From: Dehalococcoidia bacterium
Lineage (GTDB): Bacteria > Chloroflexota > Dehalococcoidia > Tepidiformales > Tepidiformaceae
Length of the DNA stretch: 64,000 nt
Direction of reading: 5' to 3'
Assembly (NCBI GenBank): GCA_963577065.1
Contig: CAUYXJ010000002.1
Location: 257-64,256 of the forward strand
Positions 17,583-28,888 of this stretch are shown here, piece after piece. Both the position numbers and the translations under genes were made by a program. Within the stretch, counting starts at the first letter, position 1, and each line of letters starts with the position of its first letter. The notes beneath the pieces are model-generated. The model did no database searches. It was not told the origin of the DNA and worked only from the letters and a program-made list of their open reading frames with translations.

Positions 17583-18692
17583 ATGAGTGAGATCGTCCAG
17601 TCCGAACCGTTCGTGATGAACATCGGGCCGCAGCATCCGTCGACCCACGGCGTCTTCCGCGTGAAGGCGACGGTCGACGGTGAGCGAATCATCGACGCCG
17701 AGATGGTGATCGGCTACCTCCATCGCTCGATGGAGAAACTCGCGGAAGAGCGTACCTACACCCAGAACATCCCCTTCACGGACCGCACCGACTACCTGAG
17801 CAGCATGTCGAACAACCTCGGCTACTGCCTCGCCGTGGAGAAGCTCGCCGACATCGAGGTGCCCGAACGCGGCCAGGCGATCCGCGTGATCATGGCCGAG
17901 CTCCAGCGGGTGGCCAGCCACTGCATGGGAGCGGGCGCGTTCGCGAACGACACCGGCGCCTGGCAGACGCCGATCATGTGGTTCATGCGTGAACGCGAGA
18001 AGATCCTGGACATCTTCGAGATGACCAGCGGCGCGCGCCTCACGTGTAACTACATGCGTATCGGGGGCGTCGCCTTCGATCTCCCCGAGAGCTTCGAGGA
18101 GGAGGTTCGCGCCTTCATCCCCGCCATGCGCCAGACGATCGACGACGGCGAGGGTCTCCTCTCGGGCAACGAGATCTTCATCGCGCGAGCGCGCAACGTC
18201 GCCGTGGTTCCCCACGAAATGGCGATCAACGCTTCGTTGAGCGGCCCCATGCTGCGCGGCAGCGGCGTCGCTTGGGATATCCGCAAGGCCGACCCCTACT
18301 GCGGCTACGAGCAGTACGACTTCGAGATCCCGATCGGCTACCAGGGCGACGCCTACGACCGCTTCATCATCCGCATCGAGGAGATGCGCCAGAGCCTGAA
18401 GATCGTGGAGCAGGCGCTTGATGGGCTGCCGGGGGGCCCGCATAGCACCGAGGTCCCACTCGCGCTCCGCCCCCCTGCGGGCGAGGCCTATGCGCGCATC
18501 GAGAGTCCCCGCGGCGAGCTCGGCTACTACCTCGTGAGTGACGAGGGCCCCTCGCCCTACCGCTTCCATATCCGCCCGCCCTCGCTCATCAACCTCACCG
18601 TCTTGCGGGAGATGACCGTCGGCGGCTCGATCGCTGATGCGATCGTGGCCCTCGGGTCGATCGACATCGTCGTCGGGGAGATCGACCGCTGA
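17583..18692 (+). CDS. nuoD: NADH-quinone oxidoreductase subunit D
   Basis: NIGPQHPSTHGVFRV ... DIVVGEIDR. Confidence 0.95.
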   Translation: MSEIVQSEPFVMNIGPQHPSTHGVFRVKATVDGERIIDAEMVIGYLHRSMEKLAEERTYTQNIPFTDRTDYLSSMSNNLGYCLAVEKLADIEVPERGQAIRVIMAELQRVASHCMGAGAFANDTGAWQTPIMWFMREREKILDIFEMTSGARLTCNYMRIGGVAFDLPESFEEEVRAFIPAMRQTIDDGEGLLSGNEIFIARARNVAVVPHEMAINASLSGPMLRGSGVAWDIRKADPYCGYEQYDFEIPIGYQGDAYDRFIIRIEEMRQSLKIVEQALDGLPGGPHSTEVPLALRPPAGEAYARIESPRGELGYYLVSDEGPSPYRFHIRPPSLINLTVLREMTVGGSIADAIVALGSIDIVVGEIDR

Positions 18693-19954
18693 TGGGTCCT
18701 CTTGTCACCGATCACTGGTACGACCTGCGTGACCTTTCGAACATCTCGCGGGAGATCCTCGAAGGGATCGACAAGGTGGCGCCGAGCGAAGTCGCTTACA
18801 TCGTCGCGCCGGTGCTCGGGTTCGTCGCCTTCTTCCTGATCTTCGTGCTGCCCTCGCAGCTCATCGTGGGCGTGTACGGCGAGCGCCGCATCATCGGGCG
18901 CATGCAGGCGCGCCGGGGCCCGAACCGGGTCGGTCCGTTCGGCCTGCTGCAGCCAATTGCTGATGCAATCAAGCTCCTGCAGAAGGAAGCGCTGACCCCG
19001 AAGACCGCCGATCGCGCGATCATGTGGGCGGCGCCCATCTTCTTCGTCGCGCCCGCGGTCCTGCTCTTCGCGACGATCCCGTTCGGCCCGCGCATGATCT
19101 TTGCGGACATCCCCGTGGCCCTGATCTACTTCATCGCGATCTCGGCGTTACCGGTGCTGGCTGCGTTCATGGCGGGGTGGGGGTCGAACAACAAGTACAG
19201 CCTTTACGGGGCAATGCGCGTCGTCGCGATGTCGGTCAGCTACGAAGTGCCGCTCGTGCTCAGCCTCCTTGCGGTGGTGGTCTTCTCCAGCACGATGAGC
19301 CTCCAGGGGATCGTCCTCTTCCAGGCCGACGTCAACCTCTGGCTCGTCTTCATGATGCCGCTGGCCTTCCTCATCTACTTCATCAGCGTGAGCGCGGAGC
19401 TCAACCGCACCCCCACGGACATCGCCGAGGCCGAGTCCGAGATCGTCGCCGGCTACCTCACCGAGTACAGCGGCATGAAGTGGGGGCTCTTCTACGGAAT
19501 GGACATCGGCTACGCCCTGGCCGCGTCGGCCTTCGCCGCTACCGTCTTCCTCGGCGGTTGGTCGATGTGGGGGCTGGAGGAGTGGGTTCCCCCGTGGATG
19601 ATCTTCATTGCAAAGACCCACCTCTTCTACTTCGTCTTCATCTGGACCCGGGGCACACTGCCCCGCCTGCGCATCGATCAGCTGATGGCGTTCGCCTGGA
19701 AGTTCCTGTTGCCGCTTGCCGTCTTCAATCTCTTCTTGGTCTCGCTCGAGCGGCTGCTCTGGGTCGAGAACGACATCGGCGACGGCATCGTCTTCGCTTT
19801 CGCCGCGGGCAACCTCGTCGCATCGGCGGCAGCGGCGTACCTCTGGGCGCGCCTGCTCGGCTACCGCCCTGAGCGCATCCCCACGAAGCCGCGCTTGGTG
19901 CGCGAAGCCGGCGGCTATGTCCCCGTCGAAGGCCAGACGGGCGGCGGGGAGTAG
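18692..19954 (+). CDS. nuoH: NADH-quinone oxidoreductase subunit H with ~70-aa C-terminal extension
   Basis: GERRIIGRMQARRGPNRVGPFGLLQPIADAIKLL. The extension carries an extra hydrophobic helix (IVFAFAAGNLVASAAAAYLWARLL). Confidence 0.9.
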   Translation: MGPLVTDHWYDLRDLSNISREILEGIDKVAPSEVAYIVAPVLGFVAFFLIFVLPSQLIVGVYGERRIIGRMQARRGPNRVGPFGLLQPIADAIKLLQKEALTPKTADRAIMWAAPIFFVAPAVLLFATIPFGPRMIFADIPVALIYFIAISALPVLAAFMAGWGSNNKYSLYGAMRVVAMSVSYEVPLVLSLLAVVVFSSTMSLQGIVLFQADVNLWLVFMMPLAFLIYFISVSAELNRTPTDIAEAESEIVAGYLTEYSGMKWGLFYGMDIGYALAASAFAATVFLGGWSMWGLEEWVPPWMIFIAKTHLFYFVFIWTRGTLPRLRIDQLMAFAWKFLLPLAVFNLFLVSLERLLWVENDIGDGIVFAFAAGNLVASAAAAYLWARLLGYRPERIPTKPRLVREAGGYVPVEGQTGGGE

Positions 19955-20467
19955 ATGGACGGAGCGGGAGTCGGCATCGCGTTTTGGGCGCTCGCCTTCG
20001 TCACGTTAGGAGCGGCCGGCGGCGTGATGGTTTCCCGCAACCTGCTCCACGCGGTGCTCTTGCTCATCGTCACCTTTATTGGCGTTGCCGGTTTCTTCGT
20101 CCTGCTCTCGGCGGAGTTCATCGCGATGGCGCAGATCGTCATCTACGTCGGTGCGATTGCTGTGCTCATGCTGTTCGCGATCGTCCTCACGCCCCGCACC
20201 ATCCGCGACAACTCCGAGACGGCGATGGTCGGCCCCGCCATCCTGCTCGGCATCGCATTGGGGACCGTGTTCCTGTTCGTCATCTACGACACCGAGTGGG
20301 CGGTCGTGGCGAGCGATCCCGCCCTTTCCGCAGAGGACCTGGGCAAGGCGCTGCTCTCGACCTGGGTCCTGCCCTTCGAGATCGCCTCTGTGCTTCTCAC
20401 GGCTGCGCTCGTGGGCGCGATCATGCTCGTGCGCACGAGCGAGGAAGAAGCCGAGGACGACGCATGA
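19955..20467 (+). CDS. nuoJ: NADH-quinone oxidoreductase subunit J
   Basis: 170-aa polytopic protein with typical NuoJ FIAMAQIVIYVGAIAVLMLF. Directly follows nuoH, so there is no nuoI. Confidence 0.9.
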   Translation: MDGAGVGIAFWALAFVTLGAAGGVMVSRNLLHAVLLLIVTFIGVAGFFVLLSAEFIAMAQIVIYVGAIAVLMLFAIVLTPRTIRDNSETAMVGPAILLGIALGTVFLFVIYDTEWAVVASDPALSAEDLGKALLSTWVLPFEIASVLLTAALVGAIMLVRTSEEEAEDDA

Positions 20468-20778
20468 CCCTCGACCTCGAACACTTCCTGACCGTCGGCG
20501 CGCTGCTGTTCTCCCTGGGCTTGGTGATTGCGCTGAGCAAGCGCAACGCCGTGGGCGTCCTCATGGGTATCGAGCTCATGCTCAATGCCGTCAACCTCAC
20601 GCTCATCGCCTTCTCGAGGTTCGGCGCGAGCGAGCAGCCGATCGCCGGCCACGTCTTCGTCAGTTTCGTCATCACCGTCGCTGCGGCTGAGGCCGCGGTC
20701 GCGCTGGCGATGGCCGTCTCGATCTACCGCACCCGCGAAACGGTCGAGGTCGATCAGCTCGACCTCCTCAGGTTGTAG
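20464..20778 (+). CDS. nuoK: NADH-quinone oxidoreductase subunit K
   Basis: ATG 20464 overlaps the nuoJ stop. MGIELMLNAVNLTLIAF ... AAAEAAVALAM. Confidence 0.9.
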   Translation: MTLDLEHFLTVGALLFSLGLVIALSKRNAVGVLMGIELMLNAVNLTLIAFSRFGASEQPIAGHVFVSFVITVAAAEAAVALAMAVSIYRTRETVEVDQLDLLRL

Positions 20779-20782
20779 CCGG

Positions 20783-20980
20783 ATGTGGGTCGAATTCATG
20801 ACCGTTGGGAACGCCTACGTGGCCGAGACCTGGTATGAACTCTTCGCCGCTGAGGGGCTCCGCATCGTCGTCATCCCACCCGTGGGCCGAGGCGAAGACG
20901 CTTCGATGCGGGACGAACGCACGATCTACGTGCCCACGGGCAAAGCCCACGTGGCCCGCGAAATCCTGAGGAAGATCTGA
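20783..20980 (+). CDS. small protein, DUF2007-like fold (tentative), embedded between nuoK and nuoL
   Basis: 65 codons (or 60 from ATG 20798). VAETWYELFAAEGLRIVVIPP...IYVPTGKAHVAREIL resembles the small signal-transducing-like DUF2007 pattern. It fills the whole nuoK-nuoL gap. Confidence 0.45.
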   Translation: MWVEFMTVGNAYVAETWYELFAAEGLRIVVIPPVGRGEDASMRDERTIYVPTGKAHVAREILRKI

Positions 20981-20984
20981 GGCG

Positions 20985-22900
<1,916 letters not shown>

Positions 22901-22910
22901 GGAGGCTGGC

Positions 22911-24374
22911 GTGGAACTGACCGTTCTCGTGTTCTTGCCCGCTGCCGCGGGGATCGTCGCGATGATGCTGCCGGCGCAACAGGCCCAGTACGCCAAGTGG
23001 ATCGCCCTCCTCGGCTCGCTCGCGACACTCGCCCTTTCGCTTTGGCTCTTTTTCGAGTTTGAGGCGGGGATCGGTGGCTTCCAGTTCGTCGACCGCGCGA
23101 CCTGGATCGATACGGGCTCGTTCGAGATTCAGTACTTCCTCGCCGTCGACGGCCTCAGTCTCCCTCTTGTCGTCCTGACCACGTTCCTCACGACCGCCTC
23201 GGTGCTCATTTCGTTCAGCATCGAGAAGCGCCCGCGCGCCTACTTCGCTAGCCTGATGCTGCTCTCAACCGCGGTGTTGGGCGTCTTCACGGCGATGGAC
23301 TTCCTCCTCTTCTTCCTCTTCTGGGAGCTCGAGCTCTTCCCGATGTACCTGCTCATCTCCGTCTGGGGCTCCGGGCGGAAGGAGTATTCGGCGATGAAGT
23401 TCGTGCTCTTCACGGTCGCGGGCTCGGCCTTCATGCTGGTCGCGATCCTCGCCCTCGCCTTCAGTGCGAACACGTTCGATATCGCCGTCCTCGGGCAGTC
23501 CAGCTTCGATGACACCGTCCTGCCGCTGCGCTGGATCTTCCTGTTCCTGTTCATCGGCTTCGCCGTGAAGCTGCCGATCGTGCCGCTCCACACCTGGCTC
23601 CCCGACGCCCACAGCGACGCTCCCACGGCCGTATCGGTGATGCTCGCGGGCGTCCTGCTGAAGATGGGCGGCTACGGGATCATCCGCATGTGCGTCACGA
23701 TCCTTCCCCAGCAGGCGGACGACTTTGGGATCTGGCTGGCCGCCATCGGCGCGGCCAGCGTCCTCTACGGCGCCTTCGTCACCTTCCGGCAGACGGATGT
23801 GAAGCGCCTGATCGCCTACTCCTCGGTGAGCCATATGGGCCTGGTCCTGCTGGGGATCGGCGCGCTCGGCAGCACGGCCTTGGTCGGCGCCGCCTATCAG
23901 ATGCTCGCGCACGGACTGATCACGGGCCTTCTTTTCGTGGTCGTCGGGATCATGTACGAGCGCACGCACACGCGTGAGATCGGGCGGCTCGGCGGGCTCG
24001 CCCGCCAGATGCCGCTGATCGCCACCGGCCTCGTCTTCGCCGGCTTCGCCAGCGTCGGCTTGCCCTCCCTGGCAGGCTTCATCGGCGAGATCACGGTCTT
24101 CCTAGGCGCCTTCCAGAAGCACGAATGGGCCGTGCTGATGGCCATCTTCGGCGCCGTGCTCTCCGCCGGGTACATCCTCTGGGCACTCCAGCGCGTCGTC
24201 TTTGGCCCCGTTCGCCACGAGTGGGATGAAGCCGGCGATCAGCGCTACTGGTGGGAGCACGCGGCCGTCCTCGGCCTCGCCGCGCTCGTGGTCCTTCTCG
24301 GCGTCTATCCCGACCTGATCATGGACATGATCGATCCCGCGATCGAAGTCGTCAGCGCCAGGGTCTCCGCATGA
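22911..24374 (+). CDS. nuoM: NADH-quinone oxidoreductase subunit M
   Basis: 487-aa antiporter-like subunit. GTG 22911 follows GGAGG (22901-22905). Confidence 0.9.
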   Translation: MELTVLVFLPAAAGIVAMMLPAQQAQYAKWIALLGSLATLALSLWLFFEFEAGIGGFQFVDRATWIDTGSFEIQYFLAVDGLSLPLVVLTTFLTTASVLISFSIEKRPRAYFASLMLLSTAVLGVFTAMDFLLFFLFWELELFPMYLLISVWGSGRKEYSAMKFVLFTVAGSAFMLVAILALAFSANTFDIAVLGQSSFDDTVLPLRWIFLFLFIGFAVKLPIVPLHTWLPDAHSDAPTAVSVMLAGVLLKMGGYGIIRMCVTILPQQADDFGIWLAAIGAASVLYGAFVTFRQTDVKRLIAYSSVSHMGLVLLGIGALGSTALVGAAYQMLAHGLITGLLFVVVGIMYERTHTREIGRLGGLARQMPLIATGLVFAGFASVGLPSLAGFIGEITVFLGAFQKHEWAVLMAIFGAVLSAGYILWALQRVVFGPVRHEWDEAGDQRYWWEHAAVLGLAALVVLLGVYPDLIMDMIDPAIEVVSARVSA

Positions 24375-25831
24375 GCGAACTGGACATCGTCGGCCCCCAG
24401 CTCGCAGTCCTGATCGCGGCCGGGGCGGTGATCGCCTGGGAAGCGATCTTCCCGAAGCAGCGGGCGGCCCTGCCCTACATCGCGCTGTTGGGGATCGCCG
24501 GTTCCGCTATCTGGACGACGACCTGGGTAGCGCGCGACGACTTCCAGACCGCCTTCGACGGCACCCTTGCGCTGGACCAGTTCGCCGTCTTCTTTTACTT
24601 CGTCTTTGCCGGCATTACCGCCACCGTGATCGTCGCCTCGATCGATTGGGTCGATCGCGAAGGCCATCGCCAGTCCGAGTACTACGCACTCATCCTCACG
24701 GCCTCCGCGGGGCTGATGTTCCTCGCCTCGGCCCGGGACCTGATCACGATCTTCCTCGCCCTCGAGCTCTCTTCGATCCCGCAGTACGTCCTCGCGGGCT
24801 GGGGCAAGGACCAGCGCTCCGGCGAGGCGGGGATCAAGTACCTCCTCCTCGGGGCGATCGCCTCGGCGCTCCTCCTCTACGGAATGGCGCTGCTTTACGG
24901 CTTCACCGGCTCCACCCTGCTCGTTGATATCGGCGCCGCGATCGCCGACACGGGCGCCGAGAACCGTTCGCTCCTGATCGTTTCGTCCGTGCTCCTGATC
25001 GCTGGTTTCGGCTTCAAGATGGCGGTCGTGCCCTTCCAGATGTGGGTCCCCGACGTCTACCAGGGCGCCCCCACGCCCGTCGCCGCGTTCCTTTCGGTGG
25101 GGTCGAAGGCCGCAGCCTTCGCCGTCGTCATGCGCATCTTCTTCGAGGCCTTGGGCGAGGACTTCCTCAGTGACGACTGGTCGATGATCTTCGCCGTCAT
25201 CGCGGCCACCTCGATGACCCTCGGCAACGTCCTCGCGATCGTCCAGACCGACATCAAGCGCATGCTCGGCTATTCGTCCATCGCGCAGGCGGGCAACTTC
25301 ATGATCGGCCTCGCCGCGATCTCCGTCGCTGGGGACGACTTCGTGCTGGGCGCGAGCGGCGTGCTCCTCTTCGTGGCCGCCTACGCGTTCACCAACCTCG
25401 GCGCCTTCATCGCCGTGATCGGCATCTCTCAGCGCATCGGCAGCGACAAGATCGCGGACTATGCCGGGATGTGGCGTCGCGCCCCGTTCTTCGCGCTTGC
25501 CTTGGCCTTCTGCCTCATCTCACTCGCGGGGATCCCACCGACCGCGGGGTTCTGGGCGAAGATCTACGTCTTCAACGCCGGCATCCGTGCGGATCTCGTC
25601 TGGCTCGTCATCATCGCTGTGCTGAATTCGGTCATTTCGGCCTACTACTACCTGGCCGTCGTGCGCCAGATGTTCTTGGGCGACGCCGCGGACGAGCGCA
25701 AGCTGCCGGTCTCGCCCACGATCGGCCTCGCGCTGGGCGTCGCTACCGCTGGCGTGATCGTCTTCGGCATCCTCCCCATGCCGCTGGTCGAGGCCGCGCG
25801 CGACGCCGCCGAAATCTTCACCACGACTTAG
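24371..25831 (+). CDS. nuoN: NADH-quinone oxidoreductase subunit N
   Basis: ATG 24371 overlaps the nuoM stop. Antiporter-like subunit with FKMAVVPFQMWVPDVYQGAPTPV. Confidence 0.9.
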   Translation: MSELDIVGPQLAVLIAAGAVIAWEAIFPKQRAALPYIALLGIAGSAIWTTTWVARDDFQTAFDGTLALDQFAVFFYFVFAGITATVIVASIDWVDREGHRQSEYYALILTASAGLMFLASARDLITIFLALELSSIPQYVLAGWGKDQRSGEAGIKYLLLGAIASALLLYGMALLYGFTGSTLLVDIGAAIADTGAENRSLLIVSSVLLIAGFGFKMAVVPFQMWVPDVYQGAPTPVAAFLSVGSKAAAFAVVMRIFFEALGEDFLSDDWSMIFAVIAATSMTLGNVLAIVQTDIKRMLGYSSIAQAGNFMIGLAAISVAGDDFVLGASGVLLFVAAYAFTNLGAFIAVIGISQRIGSDKIADYAGMWRRAPFFALALAFCLISLAGIPPTAGFWAKIYVFNAGIRADLVWLVIIAVLNSVISAYYYLAVVRQMFLGDAADERKLPVSPTIGLALGVATAGVIVFGILPMPLVEAARDAAEIFTTT

Positions 25832-25840
25832 GCTCGCGCG

Positions 25841-26296
25841 ATGTCGTACGCGGTCGACTTCGTAATCGAGGTCGAGCCTGTCGGCGTCGATACCGCGGCC
25901 CTTGCCGCACTCGCCGAGCGCGTGCTCGCGGGCGAGAAGGTCGCACCTGGCGTGACCCTCACGATTCTGACCACGGATGACGAGACCCTGCAGGAGCTCA
26001 ACGGCCGCTTCCTCGGGATCGACGCCCCCACCGACGTGCTCGCTTTCCCGGAGGCGGCGGAGGTGCCGCTCGGCGAGGGCGAGGACCGGAGCCTGGGCGA
26101 GATCGCCATCAGCACCCCCACAGCCCAGCGCCAGGCCACCGAACTCGCGCATCCCCTTGCGGACGAACTCGCCCACCTGCTCGTCCATGGCATCCTTCAC
26201 CTCTGCGGCTACGATCATGTCAGCGACGCCGAAGCCGTCCGCATGCGCGCGCGCGAAGAGCACTATCTCGGCGACATAACGAGTCACGGGCGCTGA
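25841..26296 (+). CDS. ybeY: rRNA maturation RNase YbeY
   Basis: HLLVHGILHLCGYDH zinc-binding motif, 151 aa. Confidence 0.9.
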   Translation: MSYAVDFVIEVEPVGVDTAALAALAERVLAGEKVAPGVTLTILTTDDETLQELNGRFLGIDAPTDVLAFPEAAEVPLGEGEDRSLGEIAISTPTAQRQATELAHPLADELAHLLVHGILHLCGYDHVSDAEAVRMRAREEHYLGDITSHGR

Positions 26297-26406
26297 GGCT
26301 CAGGCTGCGAAGGCGATGTCTCCGGTTAGCCGCGGAGGCCTCGCGGGTCTAGGCCGGACATCTGTTCTATACTCGCGCTTACCATCCTCGCGCCCCAGGA
26401 GGAGCG

Positions 26407-27903
26407 GTGCTCTACGGCAAGTGGCGTCCACGCGGATTCGATGAGGTCGTGGGCCAGGATCACGTGGTGTCGACATTGCGCAACGCCCTCACCGCGGAGA
26501 AGGTCGCGCACGCCTACCTTTTCGCGGGACCGCGTGGCACCGGCAAGACCACGACCGCGCGGATCCTCGCCAAAGCGGTCAATTGCCACAATCTCAGCGA
26601 GGGCGAACCATGTAACGCCTGTGATTCCTGCGAGGCGATCAACCGCGGGGCCGCCCTCGATCTGATAGAGATGGATGCCGCGAGCAACCGTGGGATCGAA
26701 GATGTCCGCGAGCTACGGGACAAGATCGCTTTCGCCCCCAGCGACCTCGAGAAGAAGGTCTACCTCCTCGACGAGGTCCACATGCTCACCACGGGCGCCT
26801 TCAACGCCCTCTTGAAAACGCTCGAAGAGCCGCCCCCGCACGCGATCTTCATCCTCGCGACCACCGAGCTCCACGAGGTGCCCGCGACGATCATCTCGCG
26901 CTGCCAGCGCTTCGATTTCCGGCGCGTGCCGAACGACGCGATGATCGCCCGCCTGCGCTACATCGGGGAGCAGGAGGGCTTCGCCATCCCCGATGAGGGC
27001 TTGCTGGCGATCGCGCAGGAGGGGCGCGGCGCTCTCCGTGACGCCATCACCCTGCTCGAGCAGATCGCGTCGATGTACGGCCCCGCGCCCAGCACGGACG
27101 ACGTGCTCGAATCGCTCGGGCTGGTCCGTGACGAACGCTCGCAGAAGCTGGCGGACGCGCTCATTGCGAACGATCTCGCTAGCGCTCTCGAGATCGCGCG
27201 CGAGGTCGCGGACGACGGCCTCGACATCGCCCGCTTCACGCGCGAGGCCCTCGATACGCTACGCGAGCGGCTCCTCGAAGCGGCCCGCGAACGCGACCCA
27301 GGCCTGGCCCTGCTCACGACCGCCGTGGCGGAGCTCTCCCAGGCGGACTTCCGCCGCGATCCGGGGAGCGCGGTCCCCCTCGAAGTCGCGTGCGCTGCTA
27401 CGATCCTCGGTCCCCCGGTCTCTGCCGCCGCCCCTGTGGCGGAGGGGACGAACGGGCAGACGCGGGCGGCACCCCGCCCGGCGCGGCGCCCACGAAGCGG
27501 CGGGGCCGAACGGGAAGAGGAAACGCTCACGACCGAGGCGCGCTTCCTCCGCGAGCTCTACGAGCGCTGCCACTTGGCCGCGCCGGTACTCGCGGCCTGG
27601 CTCAACAACTCCTGCGAAGTGCTCTCGATGGAGAACGGGCAACTCGAGCTCGGTTTCTACTATCCTCTTCACATGCAGAAGGTCGCGAACGACGGGCGGA
27701 CCCTCGTCGAGCAGAAGGCGGAGGAGTTGTTGAAGCAGCCCGTGACGCTCTCCGTGCGCCAGATCGATAAGGCCCCGCCTGCCCGCCGCCCGGCCAAGGG
27801 AGGCCATCTCGCCCAGGCGGCCAAGGCGATGGGTGCGACGCCCGTGGACCAGCCCGCGCCGCCCGCGCCTGCTCCCCAGACCGCGGGCGAGGGCAGATCC
27901 TGA
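26407..27903 (+). CDS. dnaX: DNA polymerase III subunit gamma/tau
   Basis: WRPRGFDEVVGQDHV...FAGPRGTGKTTTARILAKAVNC...CNACDSC...YLLDEVHMLT. AGGAGG lies upstream of GTG 26407. Confidence 0.95.
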   Translation: MLYGKWRPRGFDEVVGQDHVVSTLRNALTAEKVAHAYLFAGPRGTGKTTTARILAKAVNCHNLSEGEPCNACDSCEAINRGAALDLIEMDAASNRGIEDVRELRDKIAFAPSDLEKKVYLLDEVHMLTTGAFNALLKTLEEPPPHAIFILATTELHEVPATIISRCQRFDFRRVPNDAMIARLRYIGEQEGFAIPDEGLLAIAQEGRGALRDAITLLEQIASMYGPAPSTDDVLESLGLVRDERSQKLADALIANDLASALEIAREVADDGLDIARFTREALDTLRERLLEAARERDPGLALLTTAVAELSQADFRRDPGSAVPLEVACAATILGPPVSAAAPVAEGTNGQTRAAPRPARRPRSGGAEREEETLTTEARFLRELYERCHLAAPVLAAWLNNSCEVLSMENGQLELGFYYPLHMQKVANDGRTLVEQKAEELLKQPVTLSVRQIDKAPPARRPAKGGHLAQAAKAMGATPVDQPAPPAPAPQTAGEGRS

Positions 27904-28268
27904 TGGCGAAGAGCAGTGGTCGCAATCGCTACCTCCGCCGTGGGGGTGGCGGCGGGCGTGCGGGTGGCGCCCAGGGGAACCAGATCGCGGAAGCCCAGGC
28001 GATGCTCCAGCAAGCTCAGGAGCAGCTGGCCGCGACCACGGTCGAAGGTAGCGCCGGCGGTGGTGCGGTCCGGATCACGATGAGCGGTGACCAGAAAATC
28101 GAGGCTGTCAAGATCGAGCCCGATGTCATCGACCCCGACGATGTGGAGATGCTCGAAGACCTGATCGTGGCCGCGATTCACGACGCCTCCGAGCGCGCGA
28201 GCGCGCTTCAGGCCGATTCGTTCGGCCCCCTCACCGCCGGCCTCAATTTGCCCGGGCAGGGCGGCTAA
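27903..28268 (+). CDS. ybaB: nucleoid-associated protein YbaB/EbfC
   Basis: Conserved dnaX-ybaB-recR order. GGGAVRITMSGDQKIEAVKIEPDVIDPDDVEMLEDLIVAAIHDA. Confidence 0.9.
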   Translation: MAKSSGRNRYLRRGGGGGRAGGAQGNQIAEAQAMLQQAQEQLAATTVEGSAGGGAVRITMSGDQKIEAVKIEPDVIDPDDVEMLEDLIVAAIHDASERASALQADSFGPLTAGLNLPGQGG

Positions 28269-28274
28269 GGGCGC

Positions 28275-28886
28275 GTGTCCGAGCCGGTTGCCGGCACCCC
28301 CGAGCCTATCGCCCGCCTCATTCACGAGTTCGCGAAGCTTCCGGGCATCGGCCCCAAATCGGCCCAGCGGCTCACCTATCACGTTCTCCGCGCGCCCGCG
28401 GAAGACGCCCTCGCGCTCGCGCAGGCGGTGGGCGACGTGAAACGGCGGGTCGTGCTTTGTGGCGAGTGCTTCAACATCACGGAAACCGATCCCTGTGCCT
28501 TCTGCGCCGACGATCGCCGCGAGCGCACGGTGATCTGCGCTGTCGAGCAGCCGCTCGACGTTCTTGTGGTCGAGCGCACGGGCGGCTACCGCGGGCTGTA
28601 CCACGTCCTCCACGGCTCGCTGAACCCGATCGATGGGATCGGGCCGGAGCAGCTGCGCGTGAGCGACCTCGTGCGCCGCGTCGAGGCGGGCGGGATCACG
28701 GAAGTGATCATGGCCACGAACCCCAGCCTGGAGGGCGAGGCGACCTCGATGTATATCCAGCGTCTCCTGCTGCCGCTCGGAGTGCGCGTCACGCGCCTCG
28801 CGCGGGGGCTCCCGAGCGGTGCCGATCTCGAGTACACGGACGACCTCACGCTCGCGCGCGCGCTCGAAGGCCGCCAGGACTTCTAG
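28275..28886 (+). CDS. recR: recombination protein RecR
   Basis: LPGIGPKSAQRL HhH, C4 zinc finger CGECFNITETDPCAFC, and Toprim domain. Confidence 0.95.
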   Translation: MSEPVAGTPEPIARLIHEFAKLPGIGPKSAQRLTYHVLRAPAEDALALAQAVGDVKRRVVLCGECFNITETDPCAFCADDRRERTVICAVEQPLDVLVVERTGGYRGLYHVLHGSLNPIDGIGPEQLRVSDLVRRVEAGGITEVIMATNPSLEGEATSMYIQRLLLPLGVRVTRLARGLPSGADLEYTDDLTLARALEGRQDF

Positions 28887-28888
28887 CG

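Noticed and set aside
26297-26406. Possible SRP RNA (ffs), which often sits directly upstream of dnaX
   Set aside because: No domain IV signature (GGAA-type tetraloop with flanking conserved AGCA/GGAAG bulges) on either strand. The region looks like a ybeY terminator hairpin plus a weak dnaX promoter (tatact at 26368-26373).
26407-27903. Programmed -1 frameshift site in dnaX (gamma subunit production)
   Set aside because: I could find no A_AAA_AAG or A-run heptamer anywhere in dnaX. The only such heptamer in the window is in nuoL.
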